From the IMG/VR virus record IMGVR_UViG_3300044898_000015, positions 1 to 43,766 of that record: DNA of 43,766 nt. One strand, 5' to 3'. Source of the stretch: a virus. How positions within the stretch are numbered: the first letter of the stretch is position 1; each line of letters begins with the position of its first letter. Both the position numbers and the translations under genes were made by a program. Of this stretch, positions 1 through 7,117 are shown in pieces. The notes under the pieces were generated by a model. It was given only the letters and a program-made list of their open reading frames with translations, was not told the DNA's origin and ran no database searches.

Positions 1-17
1 GCTCGGTTCTCGGCCCG
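1..17 (-). repeat. 17-nt conserved block GCTCGGTTCTCGGCCCG, copy a (= 43500-43516)
   Basis: Exact copy. On the minus strand it reads CGGGCCGAGAACCGAGC and encodes GPRTE at codons 4-8 of ORF 43324..43524. Confidence 0.9.
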
Positions 18-278
18 CTAGACACGCGCTCTCCCGATAGGACGCAACGTGGCGTCCTCCTGAATCTCGAACTGCATGGGGAAGTTGCCGAGCTGCCAGA
101 CAGCCCACACGCCGCCCTTCGGAACGTCCTCTTCGTCCTTCACACGAGAGAGGAGAGCGCCCACGCCGCTCGCTGCGCGGACAGTCTTCGGGTGCTTCCC
201 ATCAGCCGTGCAGACGAGCCAGAGACTCATGTTCGTCGCTGCGTTGGCCTGCTCGGTTCTCGGCCCGTCAGGAAGCAT
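18..278 (-). CDS. Hypothetical small protein; start ambiguous (ATG 230 = 70 aa, ATG 278 = 86 aa, GTG 347 = 109 aa)
   Basis: The ORF is open over 18..347. The body SLWLVCTADGKHPKTVRAASGVGALLSRVKDEEDVPKGGVWAVWQLGNFPMQFEIQ looks like real protein. The ATG 278 start includes the GPRTE block shared with neighbouring small genes. Confidence 0.55.
   Translation of the reverse strand: MLPDGPRTEQANAATNMSLWLVCTADGKHPKTVRAASGVGALLSRVKDEEDVPKGGVWAVWQLGNFPMQFEIQEDATLRPIGRARV
251..267 (-). repeat. 17-nt conserved block, copy b (= 43750-43766)
   Basis: Exact copy. It lies 20 nt upstream of ATG 230 and is read as GPRTE if the gene starts at ATG 278. Confidence 0.9.
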
Positions 279-366
279 CGGCGGCAGTGCCGCTTGAACG
301 CCCAAAGGTGGTAGAACGCCCACAGCGCGTGCCACCGCTGGAACCACTTACGCAGCCAAACGCGCG

Positions 367-383
367 GCTCGTTTCTCGGCCCG
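367..383 (-). repeat. 17-nt conserved block, copy c (16/17 match)
   Basis: GCTCGTTTCTCGGCCCG. It lies 19 nt upstream of GTG 347. Confidence 0.8.
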
Positions 384-461
384 CCGTGTCTGCCTTCTTG
401 GGTATCCGGCAGCGACCCCACTTCTGAGGACGCACGAACCCGGCGGGCCGAACTTGAGTGC

Positions 462-617
462 CTAGGCGTCATCGCTGACCTCTTCCATCCCAACCGCCCC
501 GCCGCCGACAGCCTTGAACTCGGGCAACTCCAAGATCGCCCCAGCGAGCGCGTCACGCTCCTCCTCGGAGCACGGGCCGATGAAGAGAGACAACTCGTAA
601 CGGTGCTCGGTTCTCAT
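462..617 (-). CDS. Hypothetical 51-aa protein (below the ORF-track cutoff), probable paralog of 43324..43524
   Basis: Hand translation gives MRTEHRYELSLFIGPCSEEERDALAGAILELPEFKAVGGGAVGMEEVSDDA. Its ATG overlaps the TGA of the upstream methylase (ATGA), and third-position GC is high. Confidence 0.5.
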   Translation of the reverse strand: MRTEHRYELSLFIGPCSEEERDALAGAILELPEFKAVGGGAVGMEEVSDDA

Positions 618-621
618 GCCG
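605..621 (-). repeat. 17-nt conserved block, copy d (14/17 match)
   Basis: GCTCGGTTCTCATGCCG. It spans the ATGA stop/start junction between the C5 methylase and the 51-aa ORF, which begins MRTEH. Confidence 0.7.
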
Positions 622-1291
622 CTATCCGTGTCTCGATGTGGGCCAAAAGCTGCCCGCCGATCAGTTCCGTGTACGCCGGCGGAATCGCCTGGGTCGCCGT
701 CTTCCGATCAGCCCACGGCATCCCCATCACCTCGAGCACCTCCGCCTCGGTCGAGGCTTTCTTGCCGCGCTTCTGACCCTTGCTCGAGCCCTCCCCGTAG
801 ACGCCGACAGGCTGTCCTTGGGCGGCGTGCATACACGGCGGGGCCATGAGCGGCCAGTTGGTCTCAAAGAGGCGATGCCGGCGCACACGCAAGCCGAGGC
901 TCGAACCGCAGATCGTCACCGGGTCGATGAGCGGCGCGCCAGGCACGTTCTCGATCACGTACGGCAGCCCGGTAGCGATCAGGAGCTCGCGCACGGCCGC
1001 GACGAGATCGGGGTGACCGCTCTTGTCGCGCGTGACGACGGAATACGCCTGACAGGGCGGCGAAGCGTGGATCGCGTCGAAGAACTCCAGCCGCAAGTTG
1101 TGAGCGAAGCCGAAGTAGAGCAATCCCTCCATGAACCCGAGAGCGTCCGCCTGGATGAACCGATCGCCGCAATATCTGGGCTGCGCCTTGACATCGACTC
1201 CGATGACCTCGAATCCGGCCCGCTGGTAGCCCTTCGCGCATCCGCCAGCACCACAGAACAGGTCAAGGAGGAGCGGCCGCCAGTCAGTCAC
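614..1291 (-). CDS. DNA (cytosine-5) methyltransferase, compact 225 aa
   Basis: Motif I LLDLFCGAGG, motif IV HASPPCQAYS, motif VI YVIENVPG, RRHRLFETNW, and a motif X-like QAIPPAYTE. Confidence 0.85.
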   Translation of the reverse strand: MTDWRPLLLDLFCGAGGCAKGYQRAGFEVIGVDVKAQPRYCGDRFIQADALGFMEGLLYFGFAHNLRLEFFDAIHASPPCQAYSVVTRDKSGHPDLVAAVRELLIATGLPYVIENVPGAPLIDPVTICGSSLGLRVRRHRLFETNWPLMAPPCMHAAQGQPVGVYGEGSSKGQKRGKKASTEAEVLEVMGMPWADRKTATQAIPPAYTELIGGQLLAHIETRIAA

Positions 1292-1334
1292 AAAGTCCTC
1301 CCGATACGGGCCTGTAACAGCACTTCCCGTTCGC

Positions 1335-2480
1335 TCATGACGCGACCGCCTGCAAGAACTCCGACAACCGGACAGCAGCCTCCCGGCCGCTAGCCGGGTA
1401 AAGGTGGCCGTACCGTTTCCAGATCAGCGACGCGTCCGGCTGACCCTTCCCATCCGTATGCCCCAACGCAGCCGCGATCTGTAACGGGTTCGCGGATGCA
1501 GCAACCATCAACGACGCGTAGCTATGACGCAGGTCGTGAACGTGCAACCGTGCGAGGTCGTCAGCGCGCGCACCCTTCGCTTCCTTAGCGAGCCGCGTAA
1601 CCGCCGGCCGCCACACTCTGGCCCGGAAGTTGTTGGGGTTCCACATGAGGCCGGTGGCGGTGGGGAAGATGAGGCCACGCTCGTTCGGCGACCGCGCAAG
1701 CAACTGTTCGCGGGCGATGTGTACGGCTTCGGGGCAGAGATCGACACGCCGCCGTTTCCGGCTTTTGGTGCGGCCGGTGAAGCTGCGTTGTACGAGCACG
1801 GATCCGTCGCCCAAATCGAGGTCGGTGTCGAGCAGGCCGAGCAGCTCGCCGAGACGCAAACCGGACAGGCCGCCGAACAACGGGAACCGGCGGATCGTCT
1901 CCGGTATCCACCCGCGCGACTCCTCCAACGTCATCTCGCGCCGCACACGGTCGGCAGGCATCGCCGCAGACAACGCGACAAGCTCCGGGTAGGTGAGGAA
2001 CACCGGCTCCCGCTCCTCATAGCCGGGTGCAGCCACGTTCAACAGCAACGGGTCGAACCTTTGCCCGCGCTTCTGCGCGTCCCTCAAAACCTGTTTGACG
2101 AGGCCGAGCCCCATCTGCGCCTGCCTCGGCGCGACCTTCGCGGCCGCGACCGTGGTGTCCTCGAGGACGGCGGGCCTTAGCGCGACCAGCGGCACCTGCT
2201 CCAGCACGGCGAAGTGCGGCCACGCGGCCTTCTTTCGGGTCGCCGTCGACGAGGACACGCCGAGCTCCCACCGCTCCAGGAACGACGCCATCGCCTCCCC
2301 CACAGTGATCGCCGCTTCCTCGTACAGCGTGCCGAGCTGGGCTTTCCGGGTGATGTCTGTCCGGAACCGTTGCGCGTCTTTCTCACGGATGAACGTGCGT
2401 GACCGTGTCTGGTTGTGTTCACGCCAGATAACGTCGTAGCGTGCTTCTTTGCGGACCGTTCGTTTGTTGATGTGGGCCAT
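1335..2480 (-). CDS. int: Tyrosine integrase
   Basis: Catalytic signature GLRLGELLGL (Arg), HDLRHSYASLM (H-x-x-R), LGHTD, and YGHLY (Tyr). The N-terminal segment RYDVIWRE...SRTF resembles an arm-binding domain. GGAGG lies 5 nt upstream of the ATG, and the junction with xis is TAATG. Confidence 0.9.
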   Translation of the reverse strand: MAHINKRTVRKEARYDVIWREHNQTRSRTFIREKDAQRFRTDITRKAQLGTLYEEAAITVGEAMASFLERWELGVSSSTATRKKAAWPHFAVLEQVPLVALRPAVLEDTTVAAAKVAPRQAQMGLGLVKQVLRDAQKRGQRFDPLLLNVAAPGYEEREPVFLTYPELVALSAAMPADRVRREMTLEESRGWIPETIRRFPLFGGLSGLRLGELLGLLDTDLDLGDGSVLVQRSFTGRTKSRKRRRVDLCPEAVHIAREQLLARSPNERGLIFPTATGLMWNPNNFRARVWRPAVTRLAKEAKGARADDLARLHVHDLRHSYASLMVAASANPLQIAAALGHTDGKGQPDASLIWKRYGHLYPASGREAAVRLSEFLQAVAS

Positions 2481-2710
2481 TACCGCCTCCTAGAGATAGG
2501 TGTGACGGCGGCCATTCTCGGCCCTTCCGCATGACCCCGCACCCACGCCCTCAACTCGCCAGGGTTGAACTTCCAATACTTCCCCCACCGGTACGCAGGC
2601 AGCCGACCAGCACGCGCTTCCGCGCGGACCCACTCGACGCCCATCCCGAGGATGTCTGCGGCCTCGTCAGCGCCGATCAACGGCTCGATGTGGCGGGCGG
2701 GCTCGGTCAC
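2480..2710 (-). CDS. xis: Excisionase-family HTH DNA-binding protein (Xis-like); the ORF is open to 2812 but GTG 2710 is the preferred start
   Basis: LIGADEAADILGMGVEWVRAEARAGRLPAYRWGKYWKFNPGELRAWV is a typical excisionase/MerR-like winged helix. It sits directly upstream of int. Third-position GC is poor upstream of 2710. Confidence 0.7.
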   Translation of the reverse strand: MTEPARHIEPLIGADEAADILGMGVEWVRAEARAGRLPAYRWGKYWKFNPGELRAWVRGHAEGPRMAAVTPISRRR

Positions 2711-2844
2711 AGGATTTCCAGCCAGTAGGCGCGGCGATAGAGACGGACGCGGATGCAGAGCAGTGGCCCACTGCCGGGAGGCCCGTAGGTCGCCCGCTTG
2801 ACGCGGAACCAACGCCGCCTTGCGCCCTCTCTGCTCTCAGGCAT
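2707..2844 (-). CDS. Possible 45-aa basic protein
   Basis: The ATG overlaps the end of the upstream gene and the TGA overlaps the GTG of xis (GTGA). Third-position GC is higher than in the alternative xis-extension frame. Confidence 0.35.
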   Translation of the reverse strand: MPESREGARRRWFRVKRATYGPPGSGPLLCIRVRLYRRAYWLEIL

Positions 2845-3112
2845 GGATCTGGCCTCCGTCCGGTTTCGGCTTCGGCGGATGGGCCAAGCGAACCGCGTAC
2901 TGGCCGTCAGGCAACGACGCCGGGTCTTGCGTCTGCCCCCATTCCAGGAACATCGCCTTCGCAACCTCGGGCGACGGAGCGAAGCAGCGGTAGACGATCT
3001 CGCCCGCCTCGTTCTCGATCACGACCTGTCGGGACGGCTTCTCGCCGTGAATCACGACCGGGATGCTCAACGGATCTGCCAAAGCGCCCTCGTGGTTGTC
3101 AGTCGAATTCAC
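2837..3112 (-). CDS. Hypothetical protein (91 aa from GTG 3112; ORF open to 3193)
   Basis: GAGGAGG lies 7 nt upstream of GTG 3112. The body reads PLSIPVVIHGEKPSRQVVIENEAGEIVYRCFAPSPEVAKAMFLEW. Confidence 0.55.
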   Translation of the reverse strand: MNSTDNHEGALADPLSIPVVIHGEKPSRQVVIENEAGEIVYRCFAPSPEVAKAMFLEWGQTQDPASLPDGQYAVRLAHPPKPKPDGGQIHA

Positions 3113-3350
3113 GGCGAGCCTCCTCGTCCTGCACATCGTCAATAGCCCGTTCAAGAACGCGGCTGATCTCGTCAGCCGAGCGGCCGTACTCATCCATCAG
3201 GAGCGCGCAGGCATAGCCGATGCCTTCCTCGATGTGGCGGGCGCGCACGTCAGGGTCGTCGGTCACGTTGACCTTGATGATGGCCTCCCAGGTCACGCTT
3301 GCGCCCTTGGGTGGTTGGACGGTCACGCGCTCGTATTCCTCAGCGCCCAC
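3099..3350 (-). CDS. Hypothetical acidic protein, 83 aa
   Basis: GTG start with GGAGG 5 nt upstream. The composition is clean and protein-like. Confidence 0.6.
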   Translation of the reverse strand: MGAEEYERVTVQPPKGASVTWEAIIKVNVTDDPDVRARHIEEGIGYACALLMDEYGRSADEISRVLERAIDDVQDEEARREFD

Positions 3351-4036
3351 GACGCCTCCGGGTCGGGTAGGCGGTCGAGCGGGTTGTAGATGTGGTCGAG
3401 CAACTGCCGGCCGATGTACTCGGTGTACGCGGGCGGGATCGCCTGCGCGAGCTCGCCTTGCGTCATCCAGTCGATCCCCATCGCGGCTCTGCCGGCGGGC
3501 ACGTCGGAGAAGTGGCCGACGATCTGCATCGCTTCACCAGGCACGGGGGGACGGCCCATCTTCGTTTGGCGCGGCGGCGGAGGGATCAGCGTGGGAACCT
3601 CGACCCACCAGTTCGTCTCAAACAGACGCGGACGGTGGACGTTGAGTCCCTCGAACATCTGGCCTTCGAGCATGAATGGATCGCGGAGCGGGGCACCCTT
3701 GACGTTCTCGATGACGTACGGCAGGCCCGTAGCGATCAGGAGCTCGCGCGTCTCTGTGATGAGGTCCTCGTGCTCGTTGCCTTGAAGCTTGCGGGCCTTC
3801 GTGTACGCCTGGCACGGCGGACTCGCGTGGATCGCCGCAAAACGGTCGAGGTCGAGCCGCCGAAGGATCGAGCGCGCGTCACGCTGGATAAACAAGAACG
3901 GGTAGTGCGGCTGCGCGCGAATGTCCACGCCCGTCACCTCGAAGCCTGCGCGCTCGTAGCCAGCCGAGCAGCCGCCGGCGCCGCAGAACAGGTCGAGCAG
4001 CCTCGGACGTTCACGAGCGCCCTTGTCAGTCGGCAT
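3323..4036 (-). CDS. DNA (cytosine-5) methyltransferase, compact 237 aa, paralog of 614..1291
   Basis: LLDLFCGAGG, HASPPCQAYT, YVIENVKG, HRPRLFETNW, QAIPPAYTE. ATG 4036 has GGAGG 6 nt upstream. The longer 308-aa ORF has an Arg-rich N-terminus that looks spurious. Confidence 0.85.
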   Translation of the reverse strand: MPTDKGARERPRLLDLFCGAGGCSAGYERAGFEVTGVDIRAQPHYPFLFIQRDARSILRRLDLDRFAAIHASPPCQAYTKARKLQGNEHEDLITETRELLIATGLPYVIENVKGAPLRDPFMLEGQMFEGLNVHRPRLFETNWWVEVPTLIPPPPRQTKMGRPPVPGEAMQIVGHFSDVPAGRAAMGIDWMTQGELAQAIPPAYTEYIGRQLLDHIYNPLDRLPDPEASWALRNTSA

Positions 4037-4325
4037 CGAGAGCCTCCGGTGCTTCGCGCCGCGTGACGTACATCGTTCCTTCCGTCCAGTCGCCCTCGAC
4101 CTCGCGGTCGAAGTACGGCTCGCGCCACGACACGATCTCTGAGCCGCGCCATGCCTGCGTGTAGCCCCGGAACGCGATCTCCTGGCAGACGACCCCGATG
4201 CCTGCGCTCGGGCGACCGAGGCGCGAGAGCCGTGCTGGAATGTCGGCATACGCGACCGTCTCGCCGGGCTCGACCACCGCGAGCAGATCGTCCAACGTAG
4301 CGCCCTTGCGGGTTCCGTCGGTCAT
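4026..4325 (-). CDS. Hypothetical protein, 99 aa
   Basis: ATGA junction with the upstream MT-A70 gene. It lies between two methylase genes. Confidence 0.55.
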   Translation of the reverse strand: MTDGTRKGATLDDLLAVVEPGETVAYADIPARLSRLGRPSAGIGVVCQEIAFRGYTQAWRGSEIVSWREPYFDREVEGDWTEGTMYVTRREAPEALDAD

Positions 4326-4984
4326 ACGACCATCGCCTCCGTCCCGTGTAGAGCCTCGTCGCCCCAGGTGTCCCACCCGAGTCGCGCCGAGCGCGAGAAC
4401 AGCTCGAGGTACGGGCCAGGGCTCGCCTGCCGGATCAGGTCATAGGAACCCTCCGGCTTTGCCGAGTGGATCCGGCCACCGTTGCCCTTCGCGCGCGGCG
4501 CGTGCCACCGCTGGACGCTCGGCGCGTTGTTGACCTGGAACGGCAGCTTGCCGCGACGGCAGACGAGGAGGATCTCGTGCTGTGGCCGGGGGAACTTGCC
4601 GAGGCCGAAGTTGATCTTGTCCCAGACGATCTCGGAGACGACGCCGAACCCCCACGCGCGGACGACCTGTGCGCCGATGCCCTCGCGGTTGAAGCTCGCG
4701 GGCACCCACAGGTACAGGTGCGCGTCCGGCATCGCGAGGTCGGCGACGGGCAGCGCCTCGATCCATTCGAGCGTCTGGGTCTCGTACGGGAAGAACGTGT
4801 CCCTTGAGCGTCGACCGCCTTTCGACGCCCACGGCCGGGAGCGCGCCTTCGCATCCCCCACGAGCCGCCACGGCGGATCGGCGACGATCGTCCGGTAACG
4901 CACCGAAGTAGATCCCGCACCTTGAGAAGCGCCCAACCTTGCGTCGCTACTCGCACCATCGCTCCTGCGGTTCGTCTCGTTCAC
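4322..4984 (-). CDS. MT-A70-family DNA N6-adenine methyltransferase
   Basis: Catalytic IVADPPW motif, HLYLWVP, and EILLVCRRG, consistent with the MT-A70 layout. Confidence 0.8.
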   Translation of the reverse strand: MNETNRRSDGASSDARLGASQGAGSTSVRYRTIVADPPWRLVGDAKARSRPWASKGGRRSRDTFFPYETQTLEWIEALPVADLAMPDAHLYLWVPASFNREGIGAQVVRAWGFGVVSEIVWDKINFGLGKFPRPQHEILLVCRRGKLPFQVNNAPSVQRWHAPRAKGNGGRIHSAKPEGSYDLIRQASPGPYLELFSRSARLGWDTWGDEALHGTEAMVV

Positions 4985-5154
4985 GCCGCGTCAATCTCCT
5001 GGTCGTATGGCCGGCTGTTCGTGGTGACCCATTCGCGCGGGAAGGTGTCGGGGTACCCGGTGTTGTGGTTGTCGATGAGGTTGAGGATTCCGCACCATGC
5101 GCGGACGGCGAGGCAGATGGCGGCGAGGAGGAGGAACCACTGCGGCACCGTCAT
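4981..5154 (-). CDS. Small membrane protein, 57 aa
   Basis: ATGA junction. One predicted TM segment, VPQWFLLLAAICLAVRAWCGIL. Confidence 0.5.
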   Translation of the reverse strand: MTVPQWFLLLAAICLAVRAWCGILNLIDNHNTGYPDTFPREWVTTNSRPYDQEIDAA

Positions 5155-5402
5155 CGCAGCCACCAAGGGACGCGTTTGCCTTGAGCGATGTAGTCCATCG
5201 CGATCAGGTCGGCCTTCGGAATCCCGGCCCAAATGTCGTAGAGATCGCAGATCGGCCGCATCAGCCGACTGGGAAGGTTGAGTCGATGGCCGATCGCGTC
5301 AACGAAGCCGAGCCACCCGCCTCTCCAAGCAACCGGCCGATGGGAGATTCGGGTCGTCCAGGTGACTGATACGTTGTGCAGGCTCGACGTCAGGCGATTC
5401 AT
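5151..5402 (-). CDS. Hypothetical protein, 83 aa
   Basis: ORF with ATGA junctions at both ends. Confidence 0.5.
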   Translation of the reverse strand: MNRLTSSLHNVSVTWTTRISHRPVAWRGGWLGFVDAIGHRLNLPSRLMRPICDLYDIWAGIPKADLIAMDYIAQGKRVPWWLR

Positions 5403-5527
5403 CGGCGTTCTTTCCGTGACAGCGGGAACCCCTGAGCCTTCACGTCTGGCGGATACCTGCGACCATGCGCTACGAAAGCCATCGCGAGGCCGACAGTGAC
5501 TGCGAGGGCGGCGAGCAGCCAGATCAC
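5399..5527 (-). CDS. Possible 42-aa membrane peptide
   Basis: Hand translation gives VIWLLAALAVTVGLAMAFVAHGRRYPPDVKAQGFPLSRKERR. The GTG start overlaps an upstream TGA, and its TGA overlaps the next ATG. Confidence 0.4.
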   Translation of the reverse strand: MIWLLAALAVTVGLAMAFVAHGRRYPPDVKAQGFPLSRKERR

Positions 5528-5733
5528 GACGACCGCCTACTGTCGAGAAGGATTACGGAGCAGCCCGGCGCCCTACCAGCCCTTACTGGTGGCGTCGATG
5601 CGGTGCGCGAATGATCCGAGACACCGAATTCCAGTTCGGTTTCGTCGGTCGCGTCTGCCGCCTTTGGTGGCTGCCCCGCAAGCACGAATCTCGCCCACTG
5701 TGCCGTTTGTTTGCGGCGAAGGTGAGCGTTCAC
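5524..5733 (-). CDS. Possible 69-aa protein
   Basis: GTGA junctions at both ends, but third-position GC is only moderate. Confidence 0.3.
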   Translation of the reverse strand: MNAHLRRKQTAQWARFVLAGQPPKAADATDETELEFGVSDHSRTASTPPVRAGRAPGCSVILLDSRRSS

Positions 5734-5918
5734 GCCGCCAGCTCGCGTTCGTACCGGTCGATCCATCTGTCCGCCGCGTCAACCTGCCACTGCAACTTCG
5801 CGTCGCCGGGACAGTTTTTTTGTGCCGCCAAATATTTGAGGCGAAGCCGTCTGCATTCTTGGAGGTCGTCGAGGGTGGCCTGACGCTCATCGGTGACGAG
5901 GTTGCAGAGGGCAGCCAT
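5730..5918 (-). CDS. Hypothetical protein, 62 aa
   Basis: ORF with a TAGATG junction to the upstream gene. The sequence is helical and charged. Confidence 0.5.
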   Translation of the reverse strand: MAALCNLVTDERQATLDDLQECRRLRLKYLAAQKNCPGDAKLQWQVDAADRWIDRYERELAA

Positions 5919-6113
5919 CTACGCGGCCGTCGCTTCCGACTCGTCACGATTCAACCGTGCGCAGAACGCGTCAGCCTTCGGACGCCAAGATCCGCGCGTC
6001 CCTCCTGATTGACCGGCCGAGTAGAACGTCTGCACGACCTGATGGCAGTAGAAGCGGTCCATGACGAGGATCTGCCAGCCGTCCTCAAGAACATAGAAAC
6101 GCTCGTCGGTCAT
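5919..6113 (-). CDS. Hypothetical protein, 64 aa
   Basis: ATGA junction with the upstream gene. Confidence 0.5.
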   Translation of the reverse strand: MTDERFYVLEDGWQILVMDRFYCHQVVQTFYSAGQSGGTRGSWRPKADAFCARLNRDESEATAA

Positions 6114-7117
6114 GCGGCCACCAGCGAGTCCTGAAACTTCTGCAGGCGCTCGATCAAGGCACTGGCCTCGTCTTTAGTGAGCGACTCCCGCAACTCCGAC
6201 CAATGCAACTCCCCATCCGACCCGAACACATGCGCCCGACCGAGGCTGTCCCACAGTTGCTTCGTCGTGAGATGCCCACCGTCACGCAGTTGCCCTACGA
6301 GTACGTCGAGCTTCTTAGCCTGCGCGCTCGTCAGAGAAGGGGCGGGCGGCCCCTCTTTCTCAACCGGGGGGACGGGAGTCGGAGGAGCCGCAGCTTCGCG
6401 TTCTGCATCCGCAGCGACGTGACTATCCTCAACGTCCTGCGTGAAAATGTCTGACGCCGCAGTCCCGTTCAACACCGCAGCAACAAGCGCACGCTTATCC
6501 GCCATCTTCAAGACCGTGTTCCAAGTGTCGGCGAGATCGGGGTTTGTGATCTTCCCCGTCGCTTGACCCTCGATCTCGGTGTCGCCGTCCTGGAACTTCG
6601 TGCCGCAACCCGGATTCGTCTTGTGGTTCTTCCAACAAAGCCAGCCGCCGCCGTATTCCTGCTTTCCCTTGATGATCGCCTCCGCGCCACACACCGGGCA
6701 CGATCGCGCAGCAGCACGCCACGCATACTTCATCTCCCGGCTCGAACACATGCCCTCGCCCTCAGCGAGCACCATCCCCGACGGCGCATGAGTCAGCACG
6801 CACTTCGCGATCACCGTCAGGTGGCCGTCGTCGTGGAAGATCCGCTCCGACACATACGAAGGCGCAAGCCGGAACGTCGTGTTCAAAACCTCCGCACCCG
6901 ACTTAAACAGCGTCGGCTTCGACACACCAGGGATACGGCCGTAATGGACACCGTCAGCCATGACCTGCGCCATGACCGCCTTAATCTTGTCGCGCTGCGC
7001 GATCACGTCCTCGACGCTGACCTCGGCGCGCGTCACCATCGCCTCATGCGCACGGACGGCGGGGAGATGGCGTGTTTCTTCGCGGATGATCTCGCCCTCA
7101 ATCTCGGTGTTGGTCAT
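6110..7117 (-). CDS. Putative single-strand annealing / recombination protein (Erf/Rad52-like layout) with an inserted zinc ribbon
   Basis: ATG 7117 forms an ATGA junction. The core reads KPTLFKSGAEVLNTTFRL ... MCSSREMKY ... NTVLKMADKRALVAAVLNGTAASDIFTQD, interrupted by CPVCG-x24-NPGCG. The family assignment is by resemblance only. Confidence 0.4.
   Translation of the reverse strand: MTNTEIEGEIIREETRHLPAVRAHEAMVTRAEVSVEDVIAQRDKIKAVMAQVMADGVHYGRIPGVSKPTLFKSGAEVLNTTFRLAPSYVSERIFHDDGHLTVIAKCVLTHAPSGMVLAEGEGMCSSREMKYAWRAAARSCPVCGAEAIIKGKQEYGGGWLCWKNHKTNPGCGTKFQDGDTEIEGQATGKITNPDLADTWNTVLKMADKRALVAAVLNGTAASDIFTQDVEDSHVAADAEREAAAPPTPVPPVEKEGPPAPSLTSAQAKKLDVLVGQLRDGGHLTTKQLWDSLGRAHVFGSDGELHWSELRESLTKDEASALIERLQKFQDSLVAA

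Larger units (their letters stand above)
1..267. repeat. Left copy of the exact 267-bp terminal duplication (= 43500-43766)
   Basis: Compared line by line by eye and identical throughout. The block begins and ends with the 17-mer GCTCGGTTCTCGGCCCG. Confidence 0.95.

Noticed and set aside
227-556. 109-aa ORF overlapping the small-gene array (contains HGGPRNEP from block copy c)
   Set aside because: Most of it is Ser/Arg-rich and it overlaps both 462..617 and 18..278 out of frame. Only the short stretch after copy c (WLRKWFQRWHALWAFYHLW...) looks peptide-like, which is not enough to call a gene.
3323-4249. Long N-terminal extensions offered by the ORF track (3323..4249, 24488..25678, 33563..34087, 41656..42318, 7962..8381, 35920..36630, 13190..13768, 17298..17705, 39075..40469)
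   Set aside because: The extensions are Arg-rich with poor third-position GC and overlap upstream genes. Internal starts with SD sequences or ATGA/GTGA junctions give proteins that begin right at the recognisable domains.
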